Program-made: the position numbers and the translations under genes | The notes under the pieces: model-generated | Told to the model about the DNA's origin: nothing | The model's input: only the letters and a program-made list of their open reading frames with translations | Database searches by the model: none | IMG/VR virus record: IMGVR_UViG_3300020198_000002 | Coordinates: 32,001 to 96,000 of that record | DNA: 64,000 nt | Strand: one strand, 5' to 3' | Origin: a virus | Shown: positions 1 to 9,216 of the stretch, piece by piece | Position numbering within the stretch: the stretch's first letter is position 1 | Layout of the letters: each line of letters begins with the position of its first letter

Positions 1-1
1 C

Positions 2-1318
2 CTCAGTGGATTCCAATCTGATTCCAAATCGGAAAAACTAACGGCTTCTTATGATTCATCAAGCACCGATTCTATTTCAGTATCTTCTGTTGGAATATTC
101 ACTTCTTTTGAAAACTATGAGGTTAGTGTTTCAAACCCAGGATATGCTTTGATTGGAAATGAAATAATCAGATATGTTGGGGTGTCAAGTTCTTTAGGAA
201 CATTAACTGGAATTACTAGAGCAATTGACAATACTAGAGCAAGTGATCATTTGAACAATGCATTAATTTCTAGATATGAATTGAATGGCATTTCATTGAG
301 AAGAATAAATGCAGAACATAGTTTCGCTGATGTAGATTCAAGTACATATCCTGTTGATATTGATCACTATTGGGTTAAAGTTGGTGTTTCTAGTAGAGGC
401 GTCGATAGATCAATTGGAAATTCAAGTGGACTTCCAGAACTATTTTTCAATAAAACAATGTCTGGCGGTTCTTATGATGTTAATTATGTTATTGTTGGAG
501 TTCCATTTGGACCTAGAGCAACGCAAAATATTCCATTCAATGCACTAACACCAAATGTATCAATTCTTAATCCAGAAGGAACATCTGTTTCTGCACGGGT
601 GCGAACGTTCACTGGAAATAGTGTTGATGGAGAAACCACTGCATTTGTTGATCAAGGATTCGAACCAATTTCTCTTACTGGTATAAACTACTTCACTTCA
701 CCAAGAATTATTGCTTCAAAGATTAATGAACTTTCCAAGTTAACAGACTTCCCAGGAAGAAAGTCATTCACAATGGAATTTACTTTGTCAACTCAGGATG
801 GAAAAGTAAGTCCAATGATTGACTTGGATAGGGTAAATATAATTACAACTATGAATAGGATTAATAGTAAGGTTCTTAACTATGCAACCGATTTTAGAGT
901 TAATTCTTTAGATGCAGATCCAAGTGCCGCAATATATCTTTCCAAACCAGTTAGATTGGAAAAGCCTGCAGACGGACTAAAAGTGCTTTTTGATGCATAT
1001 AGACATTCTAGTAATGACATTAGAGTAATGTATAGAATACTAAGACCAGATTCACCAGCAGAATATCAACTGTTTGAATTATTCCCTGGTTTTGATAATA
1101 TAGACGGTGATGGAGTCCCTCTTGATATTGCAAAAAATAGTGGATTGCCCGATAAAAGAGTATTGGCTTCAAACGGATTGGAGGATTATAGAGAATATGA
1201 ATATAATGCTGTTAATTTGCCTCCATTCAATGGATTCCAAATTAAGATTATTATGACTGGAAATAATTTTGCTTATGTTCCAAAAATTAGAGATTTACGA
1301 GCAATTGCATCCATTTGA
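2..1318 (+). CDS. large virion structural protein, C-terminal part (VrlC/DUF4815-like); 5' truncated by window edge
   Basis: Frame open from nt 2; C-terminus (AIYLSKPVRLEKPADGLKVLFDAYR...FQIKIIMTG...VPKIRDLRAIA) resembles the end of the large conserved cyanophage structural protein. Confidence 0.7.
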   Translation, partial: LSGFQSDSKSEKLTASYDSSSTDSISVSSVGIFTSFENYEVSVSNPGYALIGNEIIRYVGVSSSLGTLTGITRAIDNTRASDHLNNALISRYELNGISLRRINAEHSFADVDSSTYPVDIDHYWVKVGVSSRGVDRSIGNSSGLPELFFNKTMSGGSYDVNYVIVGVPFGPRATQNIPFNALTPNVSILNPEGTSVSARVRTFTGNSVDGETTAFVDQGFEPISLTGINYFTSPRIIASKINELSKLTDFPGRKSFTMEFTLSTQDGKVSPMIDLDRVNIITTMNRINSKVLNYATDFRVNSLDADPSAAIYLSKPVRLEKPADGLKVLFDAYRHSSNDIRVMYRILRPDSPAEYQLFELFPGFDNIDGDGVPLDIAKNSGLPDKRVLASNGLEDYREYEYNAVNLPPFNGFQIKIIMTGNNFAYVPKIRDLRAIASI

Positions 1319-1319
1319 T

Positions 1320-1526
1320 ATGAAGATAAAGGTAGAAAATAGCACATCTCTTTATAGAGACAGTCATAGTAATGCAATTATAAATTGTTCTGATTTGGAA
1401 TATGATAATTATATAAAAATTAAAAACAAAAAACTTAACGAAATTAATGAGATGCAACAATTAAAAAATGATGTTGATGAGTTGAAAGATATGATGAAAC
1501 TAATTTTAGAAAAATTAAATAAATAG
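1320..1526 (+). CDS. small conserved phage protein with C-terminal coiled coil
   Basis: ATG at 1320 directly after previous stop; LYRDSHSNAIIN motif and heptad-like C-terminus. Confidence 0.7.
   Translation: MKIKVENSTSLYRDSHSNAIINCSDLEYDNYIKIKNKKLNEINEMQQLKNDVDELKDMMKLILEKLNK
1518..1525 (+). promoter_or_regulatory. T4-type late promoter (NATAAATA)
   Basis: AATAAATA 22 nt upstream of ATG 1548. Confidence 0.6.
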
Positions 1527-1547
1527 TTAAACACTTCCCTGTGACAA

Positions 1548-1880
1548 ATGGCAGCAAGAGTTATAAATTTAGTTTTGGATCAGGGTGTAGATTTTCAAGC
1601 AAGTTTTACGCTTAAAAATCAAAATAACACTCCATTAAATCTTACTGGATATACAGCAGTATCAAAAATTAGAAAACATCCAGCCGCAACTAAGTCATAT
1701 CCATTTACAGTGACATTCCCAGATAGACTAAATGGAGTGGTACAAGTTTCTATGGGATTTACATCGACTGGATTAATTGAAGGAGGTAGATATGTCTATG
1801 ACATAATTCTCACATCGCCGAATGCATATAAAACTAAACCAATACAGGGAAATATTCTAGTTATTCCTGGAGTTTCATAA
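1548..1880 (+). CDS. virion structural protein (BppU-like Ig-fold type)
   Basis: NLVLDQGVDF...LNLTGYT...GRYVYDI pattern common in phage baseplate/fibre accessory proteins. Confidence 0.65.
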   Translation: MAARVINLVLDQGVDFQASFTLKNQNNTPLNLTGYTAVSKIRKHPAATKSYPFTVTFPDRLNGVVQVSMGFTSTGLIEGGRYVYDIILTSPNAYKTKPIQGNILVIPGVS

Positions 1881-2560
1881 TGACAAATTCCTACTTTGTA
1901 ACAGTAAATCAACCCGATCCATATAATATTGGGGTAAACTATGAAATTCCAACAAAGTCTGTACAATATGGAAATGTAATTCTGGATAGTATAAATTCTC
2001 TTTTTAATGGAACTTCTTTGAATTTTCCACTGGCTGCTACGGGAACATCATATCTTCCAGTAAACGATCAACAATTAATAGTATCGAAAAATAATTTAAT
2101 ACTAGAACCAGTTGAAGATTTTACTATTTCTGGTTCCAATATAATCTTTACAACTCCTCCAACTTTGGGAGATGATGTTTTTATCATAGCTCTTGCTACT
2201 ACTGCAGATTTGACCAGGACTATTAATTACGTCATTGATAGTGGCAGTTCACCAATGTTGCCAGGAAAAAAAGGAAAAGTTACATTAGATGTAAGTGGTA
2301 TTATTGATTCTGTAAAAATATTTTCAGATCAAACTGGAGGAGTTGTTTTTGAGATTTCAAAATCAAATTATACCAACTATCCTACTTTTACAAGTATCAC
2401 TGCAGGACAACGAGTCCAATTGATAAACAATAATAAGTATTTTGATGATATTCTAAATAATTGGGATAAAACAATTGTTGCGGGTGATATTTTAGATTTC
2501 GAAGTCATTAGCGTTTCCAATATCCGAAGATTTCTAATCTCTTTAAAATTAAAATTATAA
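1880..2560 (+). CDS. virion structural protein
   Basis: DFTISGSNIIFTTPP module typical of cyanophage baseplate-wedge repeats; TAATG coupling with previous gene. Confidence 0.6.
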   Translation: MTNSYFVTVNQPDPYNIGVNYEIPTKSVQYGNVILDSINSLFNGTSLNFPLAATGTSYLPVNDQQLIVSKNNLILEPVEDFTISGSNIIFTTPPTLGDDVFIIALATTADLTRTINYVIDSGSSPMLPGKKGKVTLDVSGIIDSVKIFSDQTGGVVFEISKSNYTNYPTFTSITAGQRVQLINNNKYFDDILNNWDKTIVAGDILDFEVISVSNIRRFLISLKLKL

Positions 2561-2563
2561 ATA
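2556..2563 (+). promoter_or_regulatory. T4-type late promoter TATAAATA
   Basis: Exact gp55 consensus upstream of GAGGAG RBS and ATG 2607. Confidence 0.8.
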
Positions 2564-2606
2564 ATCATAGTTCTTAAAAGTCTAACCCCTAAGAGGAGTT
2601 GTTTCG

Positions 2607-3614
2607 ATGGCATTACTAGTTCCTAATATTGGTGAAATTGAGACTCTACGTTATCTGATTGCTCAAAATAACTTTGTTGCTGATCTTGAGGACACTTCAC
2701 CAAGAAATCTTGTCCTAAAGTTGTATACAAGTAACACCACTCCGGCTGAGGGTGATGTTCCCACGGCTTCTGCGTATTTTGAACCATATATTGACGGTAA
2801 CGTCAACGGTTACGGAACTATCCCAGTTACTGGGTATCCACCTTTGGTAAATAATAGAACTGATCAAGTCTATACTTCCCAGTATGGTATTCTCTTAAAT
2901 GGTTCTCGTTGGGTTATTAAGAACGTTGGTAGCGGCACAACCGCTACATATCCAGAACAGACATTTACCTTCAGTGGTCCTGCGGGTAATATCTATGGTT
3001 ATTATGTAACTAGAGCAAACAATATGCCAATCGCGGTACAAGGTGTTGTACATGCTGCCAGTGTTGGTATTGGAACAACTATTACTAAGGGTACTGGTTC
3101 AGATCCATGTATTGGTATTGTTGGTAACTTCTACTTTATTGTTGATCCCGATGTAAGCATCGATGATCTAACTCTTGGTCAGTATATTGCAGGAAACGCT
3201 GGTATTCAAACTGGAACTAGGATTATCGGAATTGATAGGGCATTAAAAGTTGTTTATGTTGATAAACCACTTGTTGATAACATTCAAACTGCAACCGATC
3301 CATCTATTACTTTCAGTTTCGGTAAGATCTCGATTGTCAATCACCAACTCAAGAAGGGAGATGTTATTTACATCGCCGCGGGTACAGGAAATACTACTTT
3401 AGAATCAAACGTATATACTGTATTTGATGTTCCTAATGCAAATGAGTTCATTACGACTCCTTCACTAACTGCAACATCAAATGGTGTTCTTGGTCTAAAC
3501 ACTGCAACTCTTTACAGTTCAATCATGTATGCTGAAAGATTTACAAATGGACCATACAATATCCAAAACAATGGCGACCAAATTAAGATCACTCTAAACG
3601 TCGCTCTCGACTGA
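2607..3614 (+). CDS. virion structural protein
   Basis: 335 aa, late promoter and RBS; LVLKLYTSNTTP...YAERFTNGPYNIQNNGDQIKITL termini with Gly/Thr-rich insert. Confidence 0.65.
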   Translation: MALLVPNIGEIETLRYLIAQNNFVADLEDTSPRNLVLKLYTSNTTPAEGDVPTASAYFEPYIDGNVNGYGTIPVTGYPPLVNNRTDQVYTSQYGILLNGSRWVIKNVGSGTTATYPEQTFTFSGPAGNIYGYYVTRANNMPIAVQGVVHAASVGIGTTITKGTGSDPCIGIVGNFYFIVDPDVSIDDLTLGQYIAGNAGIQTGTRIIGIDRALKVVYVDKPLVDNIQTATDPSITFSFGKISIVNHQLKKGDVIYIAAGTGNTTLESNVYTVFDVPNANEFITTPSLTATSNGVLGLNTATLYSSIMYAERFTNGPYNIQNNGDQIKITLNVALD

Positions 3615-3645
3615 TATATATTTAAAATAAAATTATTGTCATGGT

Positions 3646-3681
3646 TGGGGGTTGCTTTATTACTAAGCAATCCCCATTTTT
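3646..3681 (+). terminator. rho-independent terminator
   Basis: 12-bp stem TGGGGGTTGCTT/AAGCAATCCCCA followed by T5. Confidence 0.75.
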
Positions 3682-3704
3682 CTTCAAATGAGAATTATTA
3701 AACT

Positions 3705-6700
3705 ATGCCAAATGTCTACGTCTACGATGAAACAAGAGTAGATTACTTTGTTACTGACGATTTGGGGAATGTTCCTCAACCAGTAACAGAGTTCATTGAC
3801 TATGGCAATGTTTCTGCACAAGCAGATCCACCAGAAATTGATTCATTGCAGTTTAATATAAATGATTACGGATTTGTATCGAGAATTGGTGATGTTTATC
3901 CATACGGCAAGATAAACATAACTGGAAATATTTCGACAGAAAGAGCATATGTACCTGTAACCACTGGACTTGGAATTGTTAGTGGTGCAGCTAAACAAAG
4001 ATTTATTAAATCGACCTGGATCGGGTCTGGCACCCTCTTTGAAATTGGTGGAGGACTGGAAAGACTTGTCATACCCGATTTGGGTGCCGCAGGACCATCT
4101 CCACGCATCACTGGTGGTTCTAGAGAAAGAACTACTAATCGTTATAATGGAACAACCGCAACATTTAAAGTCGTTGCTACTTCTGCGGTAACAAAGGAAT
4201 TTAATGTATATCCAGTAGTCTCTACAATTACCATATCGGTAACTGGAGGTACATCACAAGAATATCCATATGAGTATATCCAAACTATTGTTCAAGAACA
4301 GTTAGTTGGTAAAGCTCGAGAAAAAATTGCGTATCAGTATGCACTTACTGAGATTCTTCCTTTTGAAGAGGATGATTGGGGAGAGTTATCTGATGTAAAT
4401 GGAAGTGCGTTTGATGAAACAACAACAACATTTGATAGTACACTCACACAAAACGTTGCATTTAGTGATCAAGTTATTGTAGAAAAGGAATATTGGGGAG
4501 TAATAACACAAAATCCAAGTCAGACAGAAGATTATGGAAATATTGAGTCTGCCTTCCTGAATAAATTTGGCAAAATACGAACGGTCAAATATACTAAGGC
4601 GAAGTATTGTAAATCATTTGATTACTCTGGTTCTGGTTCAATTTCAGTTTCTACTGGAGTACCACCTACAGATACAGATAGAGCTCGCAAATTTGCAGGA
4701 TCTGGAAACATTGTTATTAATGGTCAACTGGGTCTTTCTCAAGCTCCTCAACATAGAGTATTTGGTCTTGGTGATAAAATTGTTCTTTCTGGCGGATCTA
4801 ATCAAAGATTTATACCAAAACCAATTAGGGGATCTGGACTCGTTAAGATCTTGGGTTCAGCTAGACACAGAAAGACATCCAATCCACCAGAAAGGAAAGC
4901 GGAAATCCTTATCTATGGTTATGTTGATAACGTTAAGACTATATTCCAGCCACAAAGAAAGACAGTCAGAATCAATGTTTCTGGCCAGGCTACAAGGGTA
5001 AAACTATTCAAGGCGTTTAAGGGATCCGATACGATTAGGGTTCTTGGTGCTCTTTCTACTCTGGATATCAGATTTGGTCCACATTGGAGGAGTCCCCTTG
5101 AGAGAGATGGTTATATCGAACCAATTGATTATGGATTTATTACTCAATCAACGACAGAACCTAATGAGGATTGGGGATTAGTAAGTGAAATTCCATTAGT
5201 CATTAATGGTGGCGGATCTCTTGACTTTGGTTATATTATTCCAATATTTACTCGAATCAATATCGTTGGAATTGCTGCTCAAGCATTTGCTAGAGATGCA
5301 TATAAGGGATTGGGTCTGATTAATCTATCTGGAATAAAGGCAGAAAAATCGGCTTATATCTTCAAATCTAATGGACTTTCTGGTATTGCAACTCATCCAG
5401 CCGGATTCTTCTTCTCTGGTGCAAATTGGTTCAGTCAGGCTCCTCAACATAGAGTATTTGGTATTGGTGATTACGTCAAGGTTCTTGGAACTGGTAATGA
5501 ATCCATAACTCCTACAACGGAAATTGGATCTGGAAATATATCAATTTCTGGTGGACTTTCTAATCTTAAGTTTGTAAGTTCTGCAGGAGAACAAACAATT
5601 CTTACCACTATTAGTGGTTCCTCAAAAGAAAGATTCATTCCCAACTTTAATGGATCTGGAAAACTTACTCTCAGTCAGGGAAGAGAGGCTGGACAAACCT
5701 ATCTCAGAATTATTACTGTGGATCCAAAAAGATCTGCAGTTCTATTCTCAGTATATAACAGTCTATCAATATTTGAGAAAAATACAGAATCTTACAATAA
5801 TTCATCAATCAGCAAGAGCGGTGGTGGATCTGCAGATTATGGAAGTATTCTTAATATTCCTTCTTATGGATTTGACCTATCACAACAAGGAAGTGGAAAT
5901 GGCGCATTAACACAAACCTTTGATAATGAAACTAATACTTATGATCAGGATATTGTTACAGGTCGTCGTTATAGTGATGATTTAATTAGCTCTGGATTGC
6001 TGCCAACATTTGATAAGACTTCTTCATATGAAGTCAATTTTGGTTCAAGAAATGTCAGCGAAGATTATGGATATGTCTATCCAAATACTGTTGGTGGACC
6101 GGCATACGATCAATACTTATATCCATATAATACTGGATTCTCTGATCAGGATGGAATTGATAAGGGATACGAAGATCTAGGGTTCTTGAATGAGAATCCG
6201 AATGAACAGGCAAAGGCTCCATTTGGAACAATCCGTCTCCAACAACCATCGTTTGCAAATATTTCCCGAGTTATTCCAAAATATCCAGGAAAAGTTACAC
6301 TATTTGTTTCTGGATTTGCTTCGCAGAAATTTGTACCGAATTGGAATGGATCTGGTACATTAAGTGTTCTTACTGGAGCTGCAGAAGCTTACAGTGCTCA
6401 GACCCCAGAAAATACACCACTAGTTGTAATTTCTGGATCCAGAATTAGTGAAAGGGCAACCTTTGCTATCGAAGGATCTGGTAATATTACAGTTTCTGGA
6501 CAAATTGTAGAAAGAGCAACATTTAGTGAAGTCGGTTCTGGATCTATTAATATTTCTGGAGATTCTCTCAATAGTGTCAGAGCCGATCCAATTGAAAATA
6601 CGGTCCTATTTACATTATATGGTGAATACGAGAAACTTAAGTTTGCCGTTAATCCACCAGTAATAAAAGCCACACTGCGACTTGCTGGGGAACTTAAACA

Positions 6701-8285
6701 TCCATTTATTGACTATACCCCACATTACGGTATTGACAGGAACGTTGGAATTGAGACTGGTATATTCATTCTACCTGGCGGGGCTGGTGGTGAATATGGA
6801 AATCCAGGTATTGTTACTACAAGATATATTCCACAATATCCTGGTGGTTATTCCAATGGTGGAACTGCAGGACCAATTATACTCAGAGATAGAGCAATTT
6901 CGCGTACAAATGCTCCTATCTTTACTGAAGGTACAATTTACATTCTTGGTATTGGTACTGCAGCAAATGGCGATCTCAATGGGGTCCAAGTTGGCGCTAA
7001 ATGGAGATTTATTCCGCAACTTGTTCGTGGTGGTCCTGGACTTATTTCAATCAAAGGTATTGCAGTCACAGCACCACGTCGAGTTTATGGTTACTACGGA
7101 GATCAGAAAAACCCAGGCACTTCTGGAACCATTGTTCTATCTACAGAAAAGAGAAAAACAGAAGAAAGGAAGATTATCAAAATCACTTCTTCAGCTGGAA
7201 TTATTTCTGTTTCTGGAACTGCAACCGAGAGAAAAACAAATGCGTATCAGGGTACTGGAACCCTATTCAAACTATCAGATGCACTGGATTCCAGAACAAA
7301 ATCTTATGTTGCAAGTGGCACTGTACGAGTACAAAGTCAGTCCATATCTTCAGAATCCTTTGTCGCACAAACTCCAGAAAATACAGTCCTCTACACTATC
7401 AGCGGACAAGCGAAAAAATCCGTTCTACTCACTACAGATTTCACTGGAGTTGTGCAAGTTTCGGGAACCAGTGGGGATCCCATTATTCGCAAATCTTTTG
7501 GAGGATCTGGAAAACTATCAACCCGTTCTGGAGCTGCTTGGAACTTTACTCGAAAGTCAATATCAAACGTTGTTCTCGTCAGTATTTCTGGAATCTCAAG
7601 AACCAAGATTGTCCAAGTATTTGGATATTATGGAGATCAAAAGAATCCAGGAACTTCTGGGACTATTACGATTTCTGGACAACTCAGCCATCCACAAATC
7701 GATTATACTCCGGCGTACAAAACTTCTGGATTGTTCAGAGTTGGTGGAACCGCAAAAACAAATCCAAGTCTTCTTGTCATTGGTATCGGCCGAATTTCAA
7801 TTTCTGGGGCATCAAAACAGAAATTCTCCTATCAGGGTTCGGAAAGAACAATTCTCACCACTATTTCTGGATCTGCAAATACCAGAGAACTCAATGTATA
7901 TCAAGACTTTATTACATCTGGTCTTTACAGGATATCTGGTATTTCGGCTACAAGGGAAATACAACTTTATGGATATTATGGGGATCAAAAGAATCCAGGA
8001 ACTTCTGGTGTTATCAGAATATCTGGGACACCTCTGGTACATCCAAATGTCAGATATATTCCATCTCCAGATGGCAGCGGCACAATCTTTATCAGTGGTG
8101 TTGGAAGAAGAAGAAGGATATTCCCACTATACACTGGCGCAGGAATTCTATTTGCATTTTCATCTGGAAAAGAATCTTATTCCAGATCAACATATGTTGG
8201 TATTGGAAATGTTATCCTATCTTCCTCTGGCATTACAGAAATATTGCAATTCGAAGAAGGCAGAACTTACGTTGTTATCATATAA
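3705..8285 (+). CDS. very large repetitive Ser/Gly/Thr-rich virion structural (fibre-like) protein, 1526 aa
   Basis: Long ORF in the structural module; repeated GSGxIxISG, (E/D)DYG and GYYGDQKNPGTSG motifs. Confidence 0.75.
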   Translation: MPNVYVYDETRVDYFVTDDLGNVPQPVTEFIDYGNVSAQADPPEIDSLQFNINDYGFVSRIGDVYPYGKINITGNISTERAYVPVTTGLGIVSGAAKQRFIKSTWIGSGTLFEIGGGLERLVIPDLGAAGPSPRITGGSRERTTNRYNGTTATFKVVATSAVTKEFNVYPVVSTITISVTGGTSQEYPYEYIQTIVQEQLVGKAREKIAYQYALTEILPFEEDDWGELSDVNGSAFDETTTTFDSTLTQNVAFSDQVIVEKEYWGVITQNPSQTEDYGNIESAFLNKFGKIRTVKYTKAKYCKSFDYSGSGSISVSTGVPPTDTDRARKFAGSGNIVINGQLGLSQAPQHRVFGLGDKIVLSGGSNQRFIPKPIRGSGLVKILGSARHRKTSNPPERKAEILIYGYVDNVKTIFQPQRKTVRINVSGQATRVKLFKAFKGSDTIRVLGALSTLDIRFGPHWRSPLERDGYIEPIDYGFITQSTTEPNEDWGLVSEIPLVINGGGSLDFGYIIPIFTRINIVGIAAQAFARDAYKGLGLINLSGIKAEKSAYIFKSNGLSGIATHPAGFFFSGANWFSQAPQHRVFGIGDYVKVLGTGNESITPTTEIGSGNISISGGLSNLKFVSSAGEQTILTTISGSSKERFIPNFNGSGKLTLSQGREAGQTYLRIITVDPKRSAVLFSVYNSLSIFEKNTESYNNSSISKSGGGSADYGSILNIPSYGFDLSQQGSGNGALTQTFDNETNTYDQDIVTGRRYSDDLISSGLLPTFDKTSSYEVNFGSRNVSEDYGYVYPNTVGGPAYDQYLYPYNTGFSDQDGIDKGYEDLGFLNENPNEQAKAPFGTIRLQQPSFANISRVIPKYPGKVTLFVSGFASQKFVPNWNGSGTLSVLTGAAEAYSAQTPENTPLVVISGSRISERATFAIEGSGNITVSGQIVERATFSEVGSGSINISGDSLNSVRADPIENTVLFTLYGEYEKLKFAVNPPVIKATLRLAGELKHPFIDYTPHYGIDRNVGIETGIFILPGGAGGEYGNPGIVTTRYIPQYPGGYSNGGTAGPIILRDRAISRTNAPIFTEGTIYILGIGTAANGDLNGVQVGAKWRFIPQLVRGGPGLISIKGIAVTAPRRVYGYYGDQKNPGTSGTIVLSTEKRKTEERKIIKITSSAGIISVSGTATERKTNAYQGTGTLFKLSDALDSRTKSYVASGTVRVQSQSISSESFVAQTPENTVLYTISGQAKKSVLLTTDFTGVVQVSGTSGDPIIRKSFGGSGKLSTRSGAAWNFTRKSISNVVLVSISGISRTKIVQVFGYYGDQKNPGTSGTITISGQLSHPQIDYTPAYKTSGLFRVGGTAKTNPSLLVIGIGRISISGASKQKFSYQGSERTILTTISGSANTRELNVYQDFITSGLYRISGISATREIQLYGYYGDQKNPGTSGVIRISGTPLVHPNVRYIPSPDGSGTIFISGVGRRRRIFPLYTGAGILFAFSSGKESYSRSTYVGIGNVILSSSGITEILQFEEGRTYVVII
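7086..8008 (+). repeat. three dispersed ~41-nt repeats encoding GYYGDQKNPGTSG (7086-7126, 7620-7660, 7968-8008)
   Basis: Copies 2 and 3 nearly identical (ggatattatggRgatcaaaagaatccaggaacttctgg); a second repeat gctcctcaacatagagtatttggt occurs at ~4743 and ~5439. Confidence 0.85.
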
Positions 8286-8289
8286 AAAG

Positions 8290-8297
8290 TATAAATA
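8290..8297 (+). promoter_or_regulatory. T4-type late promoter TATAAATA
   Basis: Exact consensus in the intergenic gap before 8333. Confidence 0.8.
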
Positions 8298-8332
8298 AAT
8301 CAGAAGCAAAATCGGTTCATGATTTTTGACTC

Positions 8333-8791
8333 ATGACAAAACAAGTACAGTTTAGAAAGGGCACAACTGCGGAGCATTTTAACTTCACAGGCGCCCTTGC
8401 TGAAATTACAGTTGATACTGATAAAAAGACAGCCATTGTACACGATGGAGTAACTCCTGGTGGTTTTGAACTTACGAAATCTAGATGGACATTAGCAACT
8501 GGAAATGCATATTTGGGGACAAATCAAAAGTATACTGTTGATTCCCAAAACAGTCCTGGTGGATTTACTTTAACAATGCCAGAACCAAGATCTGTTGGAG
8601 ACTGGGTTTGGATTGAAGATTTCGCAAATTTTTGGAGTCAAAATCCAGTAAATATTGTGTCCGCCTATGATTTTGAAAACGGACATTTGGTTAGAGAATC
8701 ATCTCCACTTATTCTTGATGTATCTGGTGCTTCAATTTCTTTAATTTGGAATGGAACCTTATGGAAAATCTTCAACAATAGAGGAAGTTAA
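8333..8791 (+). CDS. short tail-fibre-associated protein (Mtd/hyaluronidase N-terminal-like domain)
   Basis: QVQFRKGTTAEH..FTGALAEITVDTDKKTAIVHDG signature plus fibre C-terminal module (FTLTMP...VGDWV...LIWNGTLWKI). Confidence 0.75.
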   Translation: MTKQVQFRKGTTAEHFNFTGALAEITVDTDKKTAIVHDGVTPGGFELTKSRWTLATGNAYLGTNQKYTVDSQNSPGGFTLTMPEPRSVGDWVWIEDFANFWSQNPVNIVSAYDFENGHLVRESSPLILDVSGASISLIWNGTLWKIFNNRGS

Positions 8792-8793
8792 CT

Positions 8794-9198
8794 ATGGCAT
8801 TAACATTAAGTAATAGTATCTCTGGTGAGTTTATTCCATCAGAATCTTCTGGATTTTATGTTTATGCTTTAAGAAGAGATGCAGAATCAATGCTGTATCT
8901 ATCAAAAGTTAGCGCTGCCTCTACTGAAACTGGAGAATTTTATAGGGCAAATGGTACTGCAATTCCTGAATTTGGTGATGGTATTGATTATGGTTGTTAT
9001 GATGTAGGTGTAGGAAAAACTTCAGAAATTAGAAATGATATTGCAAGTAATAAAAAATTTCTAGATGATCCAAATGATAAATATCAACAGATCCGTTTCG
9101 ATAGAAGAAACTTATACTACTACATAGATAATGATGGTTTCTTCGTCATCCGATTCAATGGACCAGATTATGATTACCTCTCTATCGGACCCAAATAA
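8794..9198 (+). CDS. conserved hypothetical protein, probably virion-associated
   Basis: 134 aa between fibre genes; YQQIRFDRRNLYYYIDNDGFFVIR. Confidence 0.6.
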   Translation: MALTLSNSISGEFIPSESSGFYVYALRRDAESMLYLSKVSAASTETGEFYRANGTAIPEFGDGIDYGCYDVGVGKTSEIRNDIASNKKFLDDPNDKYQQIRFDRRNLYYYIDNDGFFVIRFNGPDYDYLSIGPK

Positions 9199-9216
9199 TA
9201 ATTAACAGGAGAAAAA

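Noticed and set aside
6682-8329. Annotating the 538-aa and 442-aa overlapping ORFs as confident CDS features
   Set aside because: No clear RBS, no recognisable domains and shadow-like composition; kept as a finding, not as genes.
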